64,000 bases of DNA, taken from assembly GCA_031291395.1 (NCBI GenBank), contig JARLJD010000115.1, forward strand, positions 846-64,845. The letters are read 5' to 3'. The notes beneath the pieces were generated by a model that saw nothing but the letters and a program-made list of their open reading frames with translations, had not been told where the DNA came from and made no database searches. Source of the stretch: Alphaproteobacteria bacterium (GTDB taxonomy: Bacteria; Pseudomonadota; Alphaproteobacteria; UBA9219). Each line of letters begins with the position of its first letter. Within the stretch, counting starts at the first letter, position 1. Of the stretch, positions 1 to 9,635 are shown piece by piece. The translations under genes and the position numbers were made by a program.

Positions 1-304
1 GCTTAGGCCGAGATGGATTAAGAATGAAGCTGCGCCCGATACCGGAGCTTATCCCCGACGCCTTGCGCAACACGTTGATTCTTTCCGTAGGCCAAGCCCG
101 ATTGTCTTCGCAGGTATTTTGAGAAAACGAGGCGGGCATAGCGTAGGATCGAATTGGATGAAAGCACGTTAATCGGAGGAATGGTTTTTATCAAGACCGA
201 ATAGTTCAAAAAAGGGAAATTCCCTCTAACAAGTCCGGATAAGTGGCAGGATTGCAACTATCGAAGGGGCGGGAAGCCTTTGAATTATGGCGGAATTGTG
301 GAGA

Positions 305-1300
305 TTAGGGGCTGGAGCCGGAATCGGCGCTTTTGGAAATCAGGTCGCGCAATTTCTTTTGCGGCCTTGGGCCAAAATGGCTGATGACTTCGGCGGCGGC
401 GATTGCGCCGATGTGGCCGCATGCGGGCAGGCTTTTGCCGTGGGTCAGGCCGTAGAGGAATCCCGCCGCGAAAAGATCGCCTGCGCCTGTGGTGTCGACG
501 ATTTCGGCCACGGGATACGCAGGGACTTCATAGGTGTTTGTTCCGGCCGCGATAATCGCGCCTTGCGCGCCGCGCGTCACAATGGCGATGTCGGCATGCG
601 CGCGCGCGGCGTGAAGCGCGGCTTGCAAATCCTGGGTTTCGTAGAGTTCCCTGATTTCGTTTTCGTTTGCGAAAAGAATGTCGATTTCGCCTGCGATCAA
701 TTCCAGAAAAGCCTTGCGGTGGCGCGAGACGCAAAACACGTCCGACAGGGTCAGCGCGCGTTTGCGCCCGGCTTCGCGCGCCAGACGCGTCGCGTAAAGG
801 AAGGCTTGCTGCGCTTTGGGCTTGTCGAACAGATAACCTTCCAGATAGGTGATTTCGGCATTTTGCACGACCGAGGCTTCGACGTCGTCGGGGCCGAATT
901 CAGCGGCCGCGCCAAGTGTCGTGTTCATGCTGCGCTGCGCATCGGGCGTCACGAAAATCAGGCAGCGGCCCGAGGGCAGATCGGGCGACGGCTTTGTGGC
1001 AAAATCTATGTCTTGCGCGCGCAGATCATGCGTGAAAATAGCGCCGAACCGGTCGCGCCCGACTTTGCCCAGAAAAGCGCCCGTTCCGCCCAAAGACGAG
1101 AAGCCCGCCATTGTATTGGCGGCCGAGCCGCCGGACGACATTTCAATGGCAGCGCCTGCGCGTTCATAAAGCGCGGCCGAGCGGTCGTCGCCGACCAGAA
1201 CCATAGCGCCTTTGGTGATAGAGTTGGCGCGCAGAAAAGCGTCGTCCGTCGAAATAATAATGTCGACCAGAGCGTTGCCGATGGAACAGAGATCAAACAT
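305..1300 (-). CDS. PfkB-family kinase, adenosine-kinase-like
   Basis: 331 aa; ribokinase-family signature DTTGAGDLFAAGFLYG near the C-terminus; GG dipeptide near the N-terminus; length fits adenosine kinase. Confidence 0.75.
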   Translation of the reverse strand: MFDLCSIGNALVDIIISTDDAFLRANSITKGAMVLVGDDRSAALYERAGAAIEMSSGGSAANTMAGFSSLGGTGAFLGKVGRDRFGAIFTHDLRAQDIDFATKPSPDLPSGRCLIFVTPDAQRSMNTTLGAAAEFGPDDVEASVVQNAEITYLEGYLFDKPKAQQAFLYATRLAREAGRKRALTLSDVFCVSRHRKAFLELIAGEIDILFANENEIRELYETQDLQAALHAARAHADIAIVTRGAQGAIIAAGTNTYEVPAYPVAEIVDTTGAGDLFAAGFLYGLTHGKSLPACGHIGAIAAAEVISHFGPRPQKKLRDLISKSADSGSSP

Positions 1301-1373
1301 GGGAGGCGGGGGTTAGGGGTTGGGGAAGGCTTTGGTAACCCTATTTTGCTTAACAGGTATCACCGACTTGCCA

Positions 1374-2024
1374 TCAAAGGCGGTTTATTTTTTGGCCGAT
1401 ATGGCCGAGCTGCATCGACAGATCGCCGTCGCACCAGAGCGCGAGGCCGGCGGCGCGCGCTTGTTCGCAGAAATAGTAATCCTCCCCGCGCAACTGGTCG
1501 CCTTCGGCGACAAGATTGAACCAAGGCTTGGGCAGGGCGTCGAAAACGCTCATGCGGATCAACAGGCAGCCGGTCGGGATTTGTTTGACGCGGCGCAGGC
1601 CCGACGTGATTTGGATGTGTTCCCCTTCCTCGGTCACGGTCAGAGGGTGAAACGGCGGCACGCGGCGGGAATAGCTGGCGCCGACGATGTCTTTGTCATG
1701 CGCCAGAAGCCGTTTCAGCGTATCGGCGGGGAAGATCATGTCGGTGTCGAGGAACAGCAGATGCGACGCCTTCACGATCTGCGCCGCGCCCGCGCATTGA
1801 TTGCGCCCCAGCGGCACGAGCGACGACCGCGCATTAAGCAGCACCACCGGCGCGCCCGGATTCATGCACAGCATCGCGAGCGACATAGCGAAATCCGCGT
1901 GGACGAAGTCGCCGGAGGGAATGCCGAGGGCGATGAGGGGAGGGGGGGAAGTGGTCATTGTTTTCTTTCTGTCACGAAGGAATTTTCTCTCTCTCTCTTC
2001 CCTAAAGGGCAGAGGTGTTTTCAT
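1374..2024 (-). CDS. putative glycosyltransferase (DxD motif), paralogue of the next gene
   Basis: The paralogy rests on conserved blocks: IALGIPSGDF, LFLDTDM (DxD), DKDIVGA and EDYYFC. True start is probably MTTSPPPL near 1961. Confidence 0.5.
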   Translation of the reverse strand: MKTPLPFREERERKFLRDRKKTMTTSPPPLIALGIPSGDFVHADFAMSLAMLCMNPGAPVVLLNARSSLVPLGRNQCAGAAQIVKASHLLFLDTDMIFPADTLKRLLAHDKDIVGASYSRRVPPFHPLTVTEEGEHIQITSGLRRVKQIPTGCLLIRMSVFDALPKPWFNLVAEGDQLRGEDYYFCEQARAAGLALWCDGDLSMQLGHIGQKINRL

Positions 2025-2280
2025 AAGTTAGGAAGAACAAAAATATACGCAAAAACAATCGTCATACCGGCGTAAGCCGGTATCCAGATTGAAAGTTTTT
2101 TCTTTCCGCAACAACAGCGTTTGTGGCTCATTTCTGTTCTAATCACGAAAGCTTTCACATGTTTCAACTTCGGGATATTAGATTTCAATCTGGATACCGG
2201 CTTACGCCGGTATGACGATTGTTTTCGCACACAACTTATGTAGAAACTCTTGCTTGAGGAGAAAGAGTTTTCGTTGCGCA

Positions 2281-3051
2281 TTATCTCACTTCTCCCCCAA
2301 ACCGCGCCGCCGCATTGCCCCGATAAGTATAACTCCCGCTATGCTCCAGCCTGCTGTTCAGGTCGAGCCAGATTTCGCCGCCGATCGCGCGCCAGCGGCG
2401 GCAGAAGGCGAAGTCTTCGCTGAGGTAGACGCCGGTGTCGGGGTCGATTTGGCAATCGAACAGGGCGTAGAGATGATCGCTCGGCTGGCTGGGGCGCGGG
2501 AAGGCGTGCAAGGCTTTGTATTTGGTTTCGGGATAGGCTGCGATCATGCGCTCGAACACCCCGCGTTTGATCAGTTGGAATCCTGTTCCGGCATAAGTGC
2601 CGGTGGCAAAGCCGTTTTCGCGCTTGGCCTCGGTGCCTTCGCACAAGGCCGCGACGTAGGAAAGACCGGCTTCGTCCAAAGTCTCCTTGCTGTGGCCGAA
2701 ACGCTGCGCCAGTTGATTCCAGTCGATGACTTTGGCGGGATAGAGACCGGCCACGAAATCCTTGTCGAATTTCAGCATCCGCGTCACTTGTTCGACCGAA
2801 AAGGAAATGTCGGCGTCGACGAAAAGCAGATGCGTCGTCGCGGGGTTGTCGAGAAATTTGGCCACAATCGCGCTGCGCCCGCGCGTGATGAGCGCGTCGT
2901 TGCCCAGCATCACGACCGCGACACCGAACCCTTCCTGCGGCGCGGCCGCGGAAAGATTCAAAAGCGACATCGTGTAATCCTGCGACACCATGCCGCCGAA
3001 ACAAGGGGTGCCGACGACGATGAGGGGGTTGGCCATAGATCGTGACTCCAA
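2281..3051 (-). CDS. putative glycosyltransferase (DxD motif), paralogue of the previous gene
   Basis: Blocks IVVGTPCFGG, LFVDADI, DKDFVAG and EDFAFC are collinear with the upstream ORF. Confidence 0.5.
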   Translation of the reverse strand: MESRSMANPLIVVGTPCFGGMVSQDYTMSLLNLSAAAPQEGFGVAVVMLGNDALITRGRSAIVAKFLDNPATTHLLFVDADISFSVEQVTRMLKFDKDFVAGLYPAKVIDWNQLAQRFGHSKETLDEAGLSYVAALCEGTEAKRENGFATGTYAGTGFQLIKRGVFERMIAAYPETKYKALHAFPRPSQPSDHLYALFDCQIDPDTGVYLSEDFAFCRRWRAIGGEIWLDLNSRLEHSGSYTYRGNAAARFGGEVR

Positions 3052-3054
3052 GCA

Positions 3055-3207
3055 GGGGGATTCCCTCTCCCCCCTCTTGGGGGGAGAGGGTTAGGGTGAG
3101 GGGGAACGTGGAGAGTCATAACATACTCTCAACCGCCCCCCTCACCCCCGTATCAATTACGGGGCAGGCTCCAACCCCTCTCCCCCCAAGAGGGGGGAGA
3201 GGGGCTT
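3055..3207. repeat. Family-1 GC-rich palindromic repeat, MITE-like (copy 1)
   Basis: Terminal inverted repeats of the form GGGATTCCCTCTCCCCCC-N4-GGGGGGAGAGGG + TTAGGGTGAGGGGG, mirrored at the other end. Intergenic. Confidence 0.8.
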
Positions 3208-3220
3208 TCGTTCGGGGTTA

Positions 3221-4414
3221 TCATACATCCGTCCTTCCGTCGCAAACAATCTGCAACAATTTTTCGTTCAAGCCGTTCCACGTCCAATCTTTCATCCGCT
3301 CGGCAACCACGGCAGCGTCGCGGCGGGATTGTTCGCGGTTGGCGTAGGCGTATTCCATTGCGGCTATGACTTCGTCTACATCTGTTTCGCCCCAATCTTC
3401 CACCGTGCGCATTCCTTCCGACGGCTTGACCGATTTTTGCGCGCGGAAAGCGTTGCAGCCGATCAGATCGACGAGGTCTTTCTGGCCGGTATTATAGGCG
3501 ACATAGGTCGGAACGCCACAGGCCATTGCCTCCATCGCCACCAGATTGGTGCCGCCTTCGCAGCGGTTGGGAAAGACCGCGAGATCGCATTCGCGCAAAA
3601 CCGAAGGCATCAACAAATTATGCGTGAAGGGCAGGTCGATGAAGCTGTCTGCGGGCAATCCTTGCTGCAAAAGCCATTGTTTCAGTTTCAGCCCGTAATC
3701 CTTTGCGGCTTCGGGCGTCGAGTCGCAATGCCCGGCAAACGCAAAAGCGGAAGCATCCGACGTTAGCAGATTTTGCCACGCCGCAACCAGCAAAGCGTCG
3801 GGATGCGCGGCGTGAAAACGCTTGAAGGCGGCGAGGACGATGTCTTGCCCTTTGCGAAATTCGAACTTGCCGCCGGAGAAGATCACGAAACGGTCGCGAT
3901 AAAGCCCCGACGCGGGCGCGGGATGAAACAGCGCGGGGTCGATGCCTTGATAGCACAGATGCACCGGCCCAATGGCGAGGCTTTTCAAATAATCGGCGTT
4001 CCAGCGCGATATGGCGATGAACATATGATAGTTTTTGGCGATCTCGCGTCCGTGCGGGGTGCAGACAAGATGCTCGATGGCGGCGCAGCCGACGTTCGGC
4101 GCGCCCCACACGCGGTCTTGCCCGGGAAAGCCCGTAAAGTCGCTGCTGCAACCGTGCAGAACGGCATGTTTGAAGCTGAGGGTTTCAGCAGGATTGGCTT
4201 GAAGAAATTGATACAGCTTGATCGCCGTCGCAAAGATGGGTTCGACTTTGGCCTGCTCCAGCGGAAGCAAAGTTGTGACCGAGGGGTTGCTGGTCAGAAT
4301 AATATCCGTGGCCGCGCCCCCGCGCCGCAAATAGTGCAGCAGAATTTGCAGGCCATAGATACCGTAACCCGACACCGTCGATAAAACCCAGCTGATGGCG
4401 AGAGGAGAGGACAA
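3221..4414 (-). CDS. glycosyltransferase family 4 (GT-B fold)
   Basis: 397 aa; C-terminal EGGTNLVAMEAMACGVP matches the GT4 E-x7-E motif; sits beside other glycosyltransferases. Confidence 0.7.
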   Translation of the reverse strand: MSSPLAISWVLSTVSGYGIYGLQILLHYLRRGGAATDIILTSNPSVTTLLPLEQAKVEPIFATAIKLYQFLQANPAETLSFKHAVLHGCSSDFTGFPGQDRVWGAPNVGCAAIEHLVCTPHGREIAKNYHMFIAISRWNADYLKSLAIGPVHLCYQGIDPALFHPAPASGLYRDRFVIFSGGKFEFRKGQDIVLAAFKRFHAAHPDALLVAAWQNLLTSDASAFAFAGHCDSTPEAAKDYGLKLKQWLLQQGLPADSFIDLPFTHNLLMPSVLRECDLAVFPNRCEGGTNLVAMEAMACGVPTYVAYNTGQKDLVDLIGCNAFRAQKSVKPSEGMRTVEDWGETDVDEVIAAMEYAYANREQSRRDAAVVAERMKDWTWNGLNEKLLQIVCDGRTDV

Positions 4415-4507
4415 GGGAGGGGGCGGGGGTTAGGGGTTAGTCGGCGTGAAAAGATTGAGTGAGCCTGATTCTTTGTGAGTCAGAAACAGCGGTGCCGCAA
4501 GAGAGGT

Positions 4508-4672
4508 GGGATTCCCTCCCCCTGCGTGGGGAGGGTTAGGGAGGGGGGAGCGCCGCAGAGATCAAGTTTTAGATTATAAACAATTGTGCCACAAAACCGT
4601 TCCTAATCCCAAACCGCCTTTCCCAGCCGATCTCCCCCCCTCCCTAACCCTCCCCGCGAGGGGGAGGGAATC
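4508..4672. repeat. Family-1 GC-rich palindromic repeat (copy 2)
   Basis: GGGATTCCCTCCCCCTGCGTGGGGAGGGTTAGGGAGGGGGGAG ... CTCCCCCCCTCCCTAACCCTCCCCGCGAGGGGGAGGGAATC: ~45-bp terminal inverted repeats around an ~80-bp core. Confidence 0.8.
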
Positions 4673-4804
4673 TCGCTGTTTTTGCTTCACCGTTCTTTTT
4701 AACCGTCAAACAGAATCATTTTTATTTCCTCATGCCGCTTTAACAAAGCGCATCTCCACTCCCTACCCTCCCACGCCCCGTTTGCGCAAGAGCAAAATCG
4801 TGTT

Positions 4805-5473
4805 ATGACACCCCCTCATCTTTCAACCGACGTGGGACTTATGACGATTACCTTATATGCTGGCGATTTGCCGAGCGATGTTTCTTTCGGCGATTGCGTC
4901 GCCGTCGATACCGAATCCATGGGGCTGAACTGGGAGCGCGACCGGCTGTGTCTGGTGCAATTGTCGTCGGGCGACGGCAACGCGCATTTGGTTCAATTTG
5001 CAGCGGGGCAATATAACGCGCCTAACCTCAAGAAGCTTTTGACCGATCCCAAAGTCACCAAACTGTTCCATTTCGCGCGCGCCGATCTGGCGACGCTTTT
5101 CCGCTATCTGAAAGTGATGCCGCAGCCGATTTATTGCACGAAAATCGCCTCGGTTCTGGTGCGCACTTTTTCCGAGCGCCACGGATTGAAGGATTTGACG
5201 CGGGATTTGATCGGCGTCGATTTGTCGAAGGAACAGCAAACCTCCGACTGGGGCGCACCGACTTTGTCGCCCGAACAAATGACCTATGCCGCCTCGGACG
5301 TTTTGCATTTGCACAAGCTGAAGGCGGTTCTGGACGCAAGGCTGGCGCGCGAGGGACGGACAGAGCTTGCGCGTAAGATCATGGATTTCCTGCCGGTTCG
5401 CGCGGAACTGGACGTCGCCGGTTGGCGCGAGGTCGATATTTTCTCGCACAAGCCGACGAAAAGGCCGGATTAG
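4805..5473 (+). CDS. rnd: 3'-5' exonuclease domain protein (short RNase D-like)
   Basis: 222 aa; DTESMGL and YAASDV motifs of the DEDDy exonuclease fold. True start possibly MTITLY at 4841. Confidence 0.7.
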   Translation: MTPPHLSTDVGLMTITLYAGDLPSDVSFGDCVAVDTESMGLNWERDRLCLVQLSSGDGNAHLVQFAAGQYNAPNLKKLLTDPKVTKLFHFARADLATLFRYLKVMPQPIYCTKIASVLVRTFSERHGLKDLTRDLIGVDLSKEQQTSDWGAPTLSPEQMTYAASDVLHLHKLKAVLDARLAREGRTELARKIMDFLPVRAELDVAGWREVDIFSHKPTKRPD

Positions 5474-5491
5474 GAATTGGCAAAGAAATGC

Positions 5492-5773
5492 CTATATCCG
5501 TCCTTCATTCAGCGCTTCGCGCAGCACTGCTTCGACGCGGACATTGTATCCTGCGCCACTGCTGCGAATACTGGCGATGACGTCCGGCGACAGCTTGAAA
5601 CTTTGTAGTTGCTTCTTCGCGGCTGATTTGGGACGGCCAACTTTGCGTTTCTGCGCATACGCAGCCAGATCGGGAAAACTGTCCCGAAGCCTGCTCGCAT
5701 GAACTTGATCACCCGCGCGCAAGGGACGAACTTCGCCGTTTTTTTCTATCAAAGGGCTATGTGTTTTCCGCAT
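5492..5773 (-). CDS. brnA: BrnA antitoxin (ribbon-helix-helix, type II)
   Basis: 93 aa; conserved GEVRPLRAGD segment; overlaps the upstream brnT by 17 bp, which is the typical BrnT/BrnA arrangement. Confidence 0.75.
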   Translation of the reverse strand: MRKTHSPLIEKNGEVRPLRAGDQVHASRLRDSFPDLAAYAQKRKVGRPKSAAKKQLQSFKLSPDVIASIRSSGAGYNVRVEAVLREALNEGRI

Positions 5774-6029
5774 AAAACTTCTCCTCTCGTTTGTTGGCCT
5801 TGCGCAGACTGATTACGCGTATGTGACAATCGGCGATTGGCTTAAAGCAAAGCACATGCAATCTTGTTCCGATATAGCCGTAGGCGACAATGCGCCGCTC
5901 TCCGTAATCCTTACGCAAATCGTTGATGCGAAGCGCTGTGTCATAATCGAATTTTTCGGCCTCAGAGAAGGGAAGTCCGCGTTCGCTTGCGTTCTTCTCG
6001 CTTTTTGCCGGATCGAACTCGATTTTCAT
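5757..6029 (-). CDS. brnT: BrnT toxin (DUF497 ribonuclease)
   Basis: 90 aa beginning MKIEFDPAKSEKN...ERGL, the canonical BrnT N-terminus. Immediately precedes brnA in the same orientation. Confidence 0.75.
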   Translation of the reverse strand: MKIEFDPAKSEKNASERGLPFSEAEKFDYDTALRINDLRKDYGERRIVAYGYIGTRLHVLCFKPIADCHIRVISLRKANKREEKFYAENT

Positions 6030-6276
6030 GCTAATTATGGTAACACCTGAAATAGGGGGGTGTCAACGCACCGAAACACACGCGTATTTCCTCCAGAAAG
6101 CGAAAGGCTGTTTTTCGCTATAATTGCGCTAAGTTAGGATCCACAAGGGCAACGCTTCCTTCGGTAGGCTGGATTTTATTCGGCCACGCGAGACCAAACG
6201 CATTCGCATGGCGCACGAAGGCCGGATTAAGAAGAAGCCAGCCCTGCGGCACTAGAGGCGCGCCGGAAATGTCCTT

Positions 6277-6897
6277 TTGGGCCGTCTTGTCGCCTTTTTT
6301 ATCCCGATCCTCCATAATTCACCCTATTTTTACCTTTGTCCCGTATTCTTCTGTCATATGTTTAACAGCCTGTTTCAGGAGAACATTATGGGACAAGGGG
6401 GAAAATACGGGGGGATTTCAGGAAAAGAGGGGGAATCTTTTCTAGGCTATGCTGGCTATAGTTTTGGCGCAGCGCCGGATAACAAGGCAAACGATATACA
6501 TGGAAACAGCCCTCTAGGGGAGCCCATAAGGCAAGTGTATCCCGCAAGCGATCTAACCGGTAATAAAGCTTTTAAACCACAGGCTTTAGGCTTTTCGCTC
6601 AATTTTTCGCCCGCGTTAAGTAAAGCGGCTGCCGATAAAGAATGGTTTATGATCGCCGCAGTCTTGAGGAAATATGGCGTTGATGTGCTTTCGACGTGCA
6701 AAAGCGATATTAAAAAGGGTCCGATTGTTCGAAGTTCTTTCACCCGCCTAACATTTAAGACTCCTTTGAAAGATCAAACGGCGCTTACGGCCGCGATCAA
6801 GGAGATGGACAAACTTTATAAAAGCGGGAAGGGATTGCCTAAGAACGATCAGGCGTCGGCAATTGACAAAACGGGGGCGTTGTCCGCTTCTCCCTGA
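6277..6897 (+). CDS. hypothetical protein in a low-GC insertion
   Basis: ORF of 206 aa, or 169 aa from MGQGGKYGG at 6388. GC is markedly lower than the flanks. No recognisable motifs. Bounded by duplicated lptC 5' and brnA/brnT fragments. Confidence 0.4.
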   Translation: MGRLVAFFIPILHNSPYFYLCPVFFCHMFNSLFQENIMGQGGKYGGISGKEGESFLGYAGYSFGAAPDNKANDIHGNSPLGEPIRQVYPASDLTGNKAFKPQALGFSLNFSPALSKAAADKEWFMIAAVLRKYGVDVLSTCKSDIKKGPIVRSSFTRLTFKTPLKDQTALTAAIKEMDKLYKSGKGLPKNDQASAIDKTGALSASP

Positions 6898-6921
6898 TAG
6901 TCTCGACAGGTTGCTTTATAA

Positions 6922-7051
6922 CCGCGGAAACGCCTGTGCGGGAGGAGTGGTTTCGTCGGCTGCTCGTAAGGGACAAACCTCGCCGTTTCTTCCTATCAAA
7001 GGGTTACGTGCTTTCTGCATAAGAAGCTTTGTTATCTACTTCCTGCTGTTT
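6922..7051 (-). pseudogene. remnant of a second brnT-3'/brnA-5' copy
   Basis: Minus-strand translation gives ...AEKQQEVDNKASYAEST* (compare the BrnT C-terminus KREEKFYAENT*). It overlaps MQKARNPLIGRNGEVCPLRAADE...* (compare BrnA MRKTHSPLIEKNGEVRPLRAGD). The fragment is truncated by a stop. Confidence 0.6.
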
Positions 7052-7081
7052 TTCGGCCATAATTATCGCTAAACTCATAGG

Positions 7082-7756
7082 ATGAACTCGACACCCAAAG
7101 GCAACGCTCCGTCCGGCAGGTTGGATTTTATTCGGCCGCGCGAGACCAAACGCATTCGCATGGCGCGCGAGGGGCGGATGGCGGTTGTCGTCAGGAAACT
7201 GAGGTTCTGGCTGCCGCTTGTGGCGGCTGGCGTTTTGGGGCTGCTGTTTGTGTGGCCGGATTTGATGCCTAATTTCACGATGACCGATATAGCCAAGAAC
7301 GTTCCCGATCTGGTGATCGACAATCTGCATTACACGGGGATGGACAGCAAAAGCCAGCCCTATTCCCTGCTGGCGGCGCAGGCGACGCGTCCGGCTGCCT
7401 TGCACGGCATCTATGATCTGGTGAAACCCGAAGGCGAAATAACATTGCAAAGCGGGGCTTGGCTGGACGGCAAGGCCGATTACGGGCGCTATGACGAAAT
7501 CGATAAAAAGTTGTGGCTGGGCGGCGATGTACGGCTTTTCCACGACAAGGGCTATCAGCTGACGACCGACGAGGCTCAGATCGATTTGAACACTAACGAT
7601 GCATGGGGGGATAAAAACGTTTTGATTCAAGGGGATTTCGGCACCGTGCGCGGAGTCGGGTTCCGCTTTCTTGACTCGGGTCACACCGTCGTGGTCAATG
7701 GGCCGGCTAAGGCTGTGCTTAGTTTACATGGGAGTATGGATTCTGGTAAACCGTAA
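7082..7756 (+). CDS. lptC: LPS export protein LptC
   Basis: 224 aa; N-terminal transmembrane helix, then the pattern typical of LptC. Followed directly by lptA and lptB. Confidence 0.7.
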   Translation: MNSTPKGNAPSGRLDFIRPRETKRIRMAREGRMAVVVRKLRFWLPLVAAGVLGLLFVWPDLMPNFTMTDIAKNVPDLVIDNLHYTGMDSKSQPYSLLAAQATRPAALHGIYDLVKPEGEITLQSGAWLDGKADYGRYDEIDKKLWLGGDVRLFHDKGYQLTTDEAQIDLNTNDAWGDKNVLIQGDFGTVRGVGFRFLDSGHTVVVNGPAKAVLSLHGSMDSGKP

Positions 7757-7938
7757 CAGTTAAGCTGTCCTTCCCGCGAAGGCGAGATCCATCGTGAGCG
7801 ATAGCGCGCCTAAGAGTCAAACGGTAGTTGTGTTGGAAGCGCCGTTGTTTATATCGGCGCGGACGCACCTCAAGATGGATTCCCGCAATTGCGGGAATGA
7901 CGGCTCTTGCGGTTTAGGGGTTACAATTAAGGATAGAT

Positions 7939-8847
7939 ATGCGCCTATGCGCTGGATTCTTAGCTATGTGTTTCACCCTTGGCGCTCTTGCGACTGCCGA
8001 GGCTAAAAACGCGCATGCGCTGCGGGATCCGAACGCGGCAGCTCCGGCGCAGCAGATTGAGGTGACCGCGGACAAGACTCTGGAATGGTATCAGGATCAA
8101 AACCTGTATGTCGCGCGCGGCAACGCCAAGGCGGTGCGCGGAGATTTGACCGTTACCGCCGATTTGCTGACCGCGCATGAGCGCGAAAAACCCAAAGACG
8201 CAAAGGACAAGAAAACACCCGCCGACAAAAAGGCCGACAACGACGCCGGAGACATCGACAAAATGACCGCTGAAGGGCATGTTGTGATCCTTAAGCCCCA
8301 TGCGCGCATCACGGGCGACCGCGCGGTGGACGATGTCGATGGGCATGTCATTGTCGTGACGGGCGACAATCTGCGCTATGAAACCGACAAGCAGGTGGTG
8401 ACGGCGAAAGATTCTCTGGAATACTGGGATGATAAGAAAATCGCCGTGGCACGGGGCAATGCGGTCGCGGTTAAGGGCGACCGGCATGTCGCGGGCGATG
8501 TTCTGACCGCCGAATTCCGCGACACGCCGAACGGATCAAGCCAGCTTTACAAAATGACCGCCGTCGGCCATGTCACCGTCGTCACCAAAAACGACGTGAC
8601 CCGCGGCGATAAAGGCGTTTACGATGCCGCCCGCGATATCGCGATCGTCACGGGGCATGTGCGCATCACGCGCCCCGACGGCACTGAACTGACGGGCGAT
8701 GTCGGCGAATCCGATTTTGCCGCCAACCAAAGCCGTTTGATGAATGACGGATCGGGGCGCGTGCGCGCTTTGCTGCCCGCCAGAACGACAGAGAAAGCGT
8801 CGAAACCCGCGGCGACAACGCCCGCGCCGCACGGAGAAACACAGTGA
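7939..8847 (+). CDS. lptA: LPS transport periplasmic protein LptA (OstA-like)
   Basis: 302 aa; signal peptide; repeated 'VTADxL...A.GN' OstA-like beta-jellyroll motifs. lptCAB gene order. Confidence 0.75.
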   Translation: MRLCAGFLAMCFTLGALATAEAKNAHALRDPNAAAPAQQIEVTADKTLEWYQDQNLYVARGNAKAVRGDLTVTADLLTAHEREKPKDAKDKKTPADKKADNDAGDIDKMTAEGHVVILKPHARITGDRAVDDVDGHVIVVTGDNLRYETDKQVVTAKDSLEYWDDKKIAVARGNAVAVKGDRHVAGDVLTAEFRDTPNGSSQLYKMTAVGHVTVVTKNDVTRGDKGVYDAARDIAIVTGHVRITRPDGTELTGDVGESDFAANQSRLMNDGSGRVRALLPARTTEKASKPAATTPAPHGETQ

Positions 8848-9635
8848 CAAGCACAGCCAAAGTCGTTCCTCTTACCAAGCCAAAGAAGAAACCCGTGCGC
8901 ATGGCGGTTCCTGACAAGGGCTTGTCGGCGCAGCATCTGGGCAAACGCTATAAGCGCCGTCCTGTCGTGCATGATGTCAGCTTTTCGCTGCAGCGCGGCG
9001 AGGTCGTCGGGCTTTTAGGGCCGAACGGTGCGGGCAAGACGACTTGCTTTTATCTGGTCACGGGGCTGGTCAAGGCGGATACCGGGCGCATTCATATGGA
9101 CGGGCTGAACGTCACCGATTTCCCGATGTATCGCAGGGCGCGGCTGGGGCTTGGCTATCTGCCGCAGGAATCCTCGATCTTTCGCGGCCTGACGGTCGAG
9201 GACAATATCCGCGCGGTTCTGGAAATCGTCGAGTCCGATTACGGCGCGCGCGAAAACATGCTGAACGAATTGCTGGCCGAGTTCGGGATTACCCATTTAA
9301 GGCAAGCGCCTTCTGTCGCTTTGTCGGGCGGCGAAAGGCGGCGTTTGGAAATCGCGCGCGCTTTGGCCTCGCAGCCGCATTTCGTTTTGCTTGACGAGCC
9401 GTTTGCGGGCATCGATCCGATAGCTTTGGGCGATATCCGCGATCTGGTCGTGCATCTGCGCGATCGCGGCATCGGCGTTCTGATCACGGACCACAATGTC
9501 CGCGCCACGCTGGAAATCGTCGACCGCGCTTATATTATTCACGACGGTCGCGTGTTGATGCAAGGCTCGCCGCAAGAGATTATTGAAAACGCCGATGTCA
9601 GGCGGGTGTATTTGGGGGAAGAGTTCAGGATGTAG
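8844..9635 (+). CDS. lptB: LPS export ABC transporter ATP-binding protein LptB
   Basis: 263 aa; Walker A GPNGAGKTT, ABC signature LSGGERRRLEIARAL, Walker B LLDEPFAGID. Overlaps the lptA stop by 4 bp. Confidence 0.9.
   Translation: MTSTAKVVPLTKPKKKPVRMAVPDKGLSAQHLGKRYKRRPVVHDVSFSLQRGEVVGLLGPNGAGKTTCFYLVTGLVKADTGRIHMDGLNVTDFPMYRRARLGLGYLPQESSIFRGLTVEDNIRAVLEIVESDYGARENMLNELLAEFGITHLRQAPSVALSGGERRRLEIARALASQPHFVLLDEPFAGIDPIALGDIRDLVVHLRDRGIGVLITDHNVRATLEIVDRAYIIHDGRVLMQGSPQEIIENADVRRVYLGEEFRM

Noticed and set aside
18-257. 79-aa minus-strand ORF in an AT-richer stretch at the left window edge
   Set aside because: It has no motif and no convincing start context. It may be the promoter or leader region of the upstream, off-window gene.
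4506-4808. 100-aa ORF
   Set aside because: It consists almost entirely of translated family-1 palindromic repeat (…GGLGRGE…PPSLTLPARG…). Repeat-encoded pseudo-ORFs recur at every copy.
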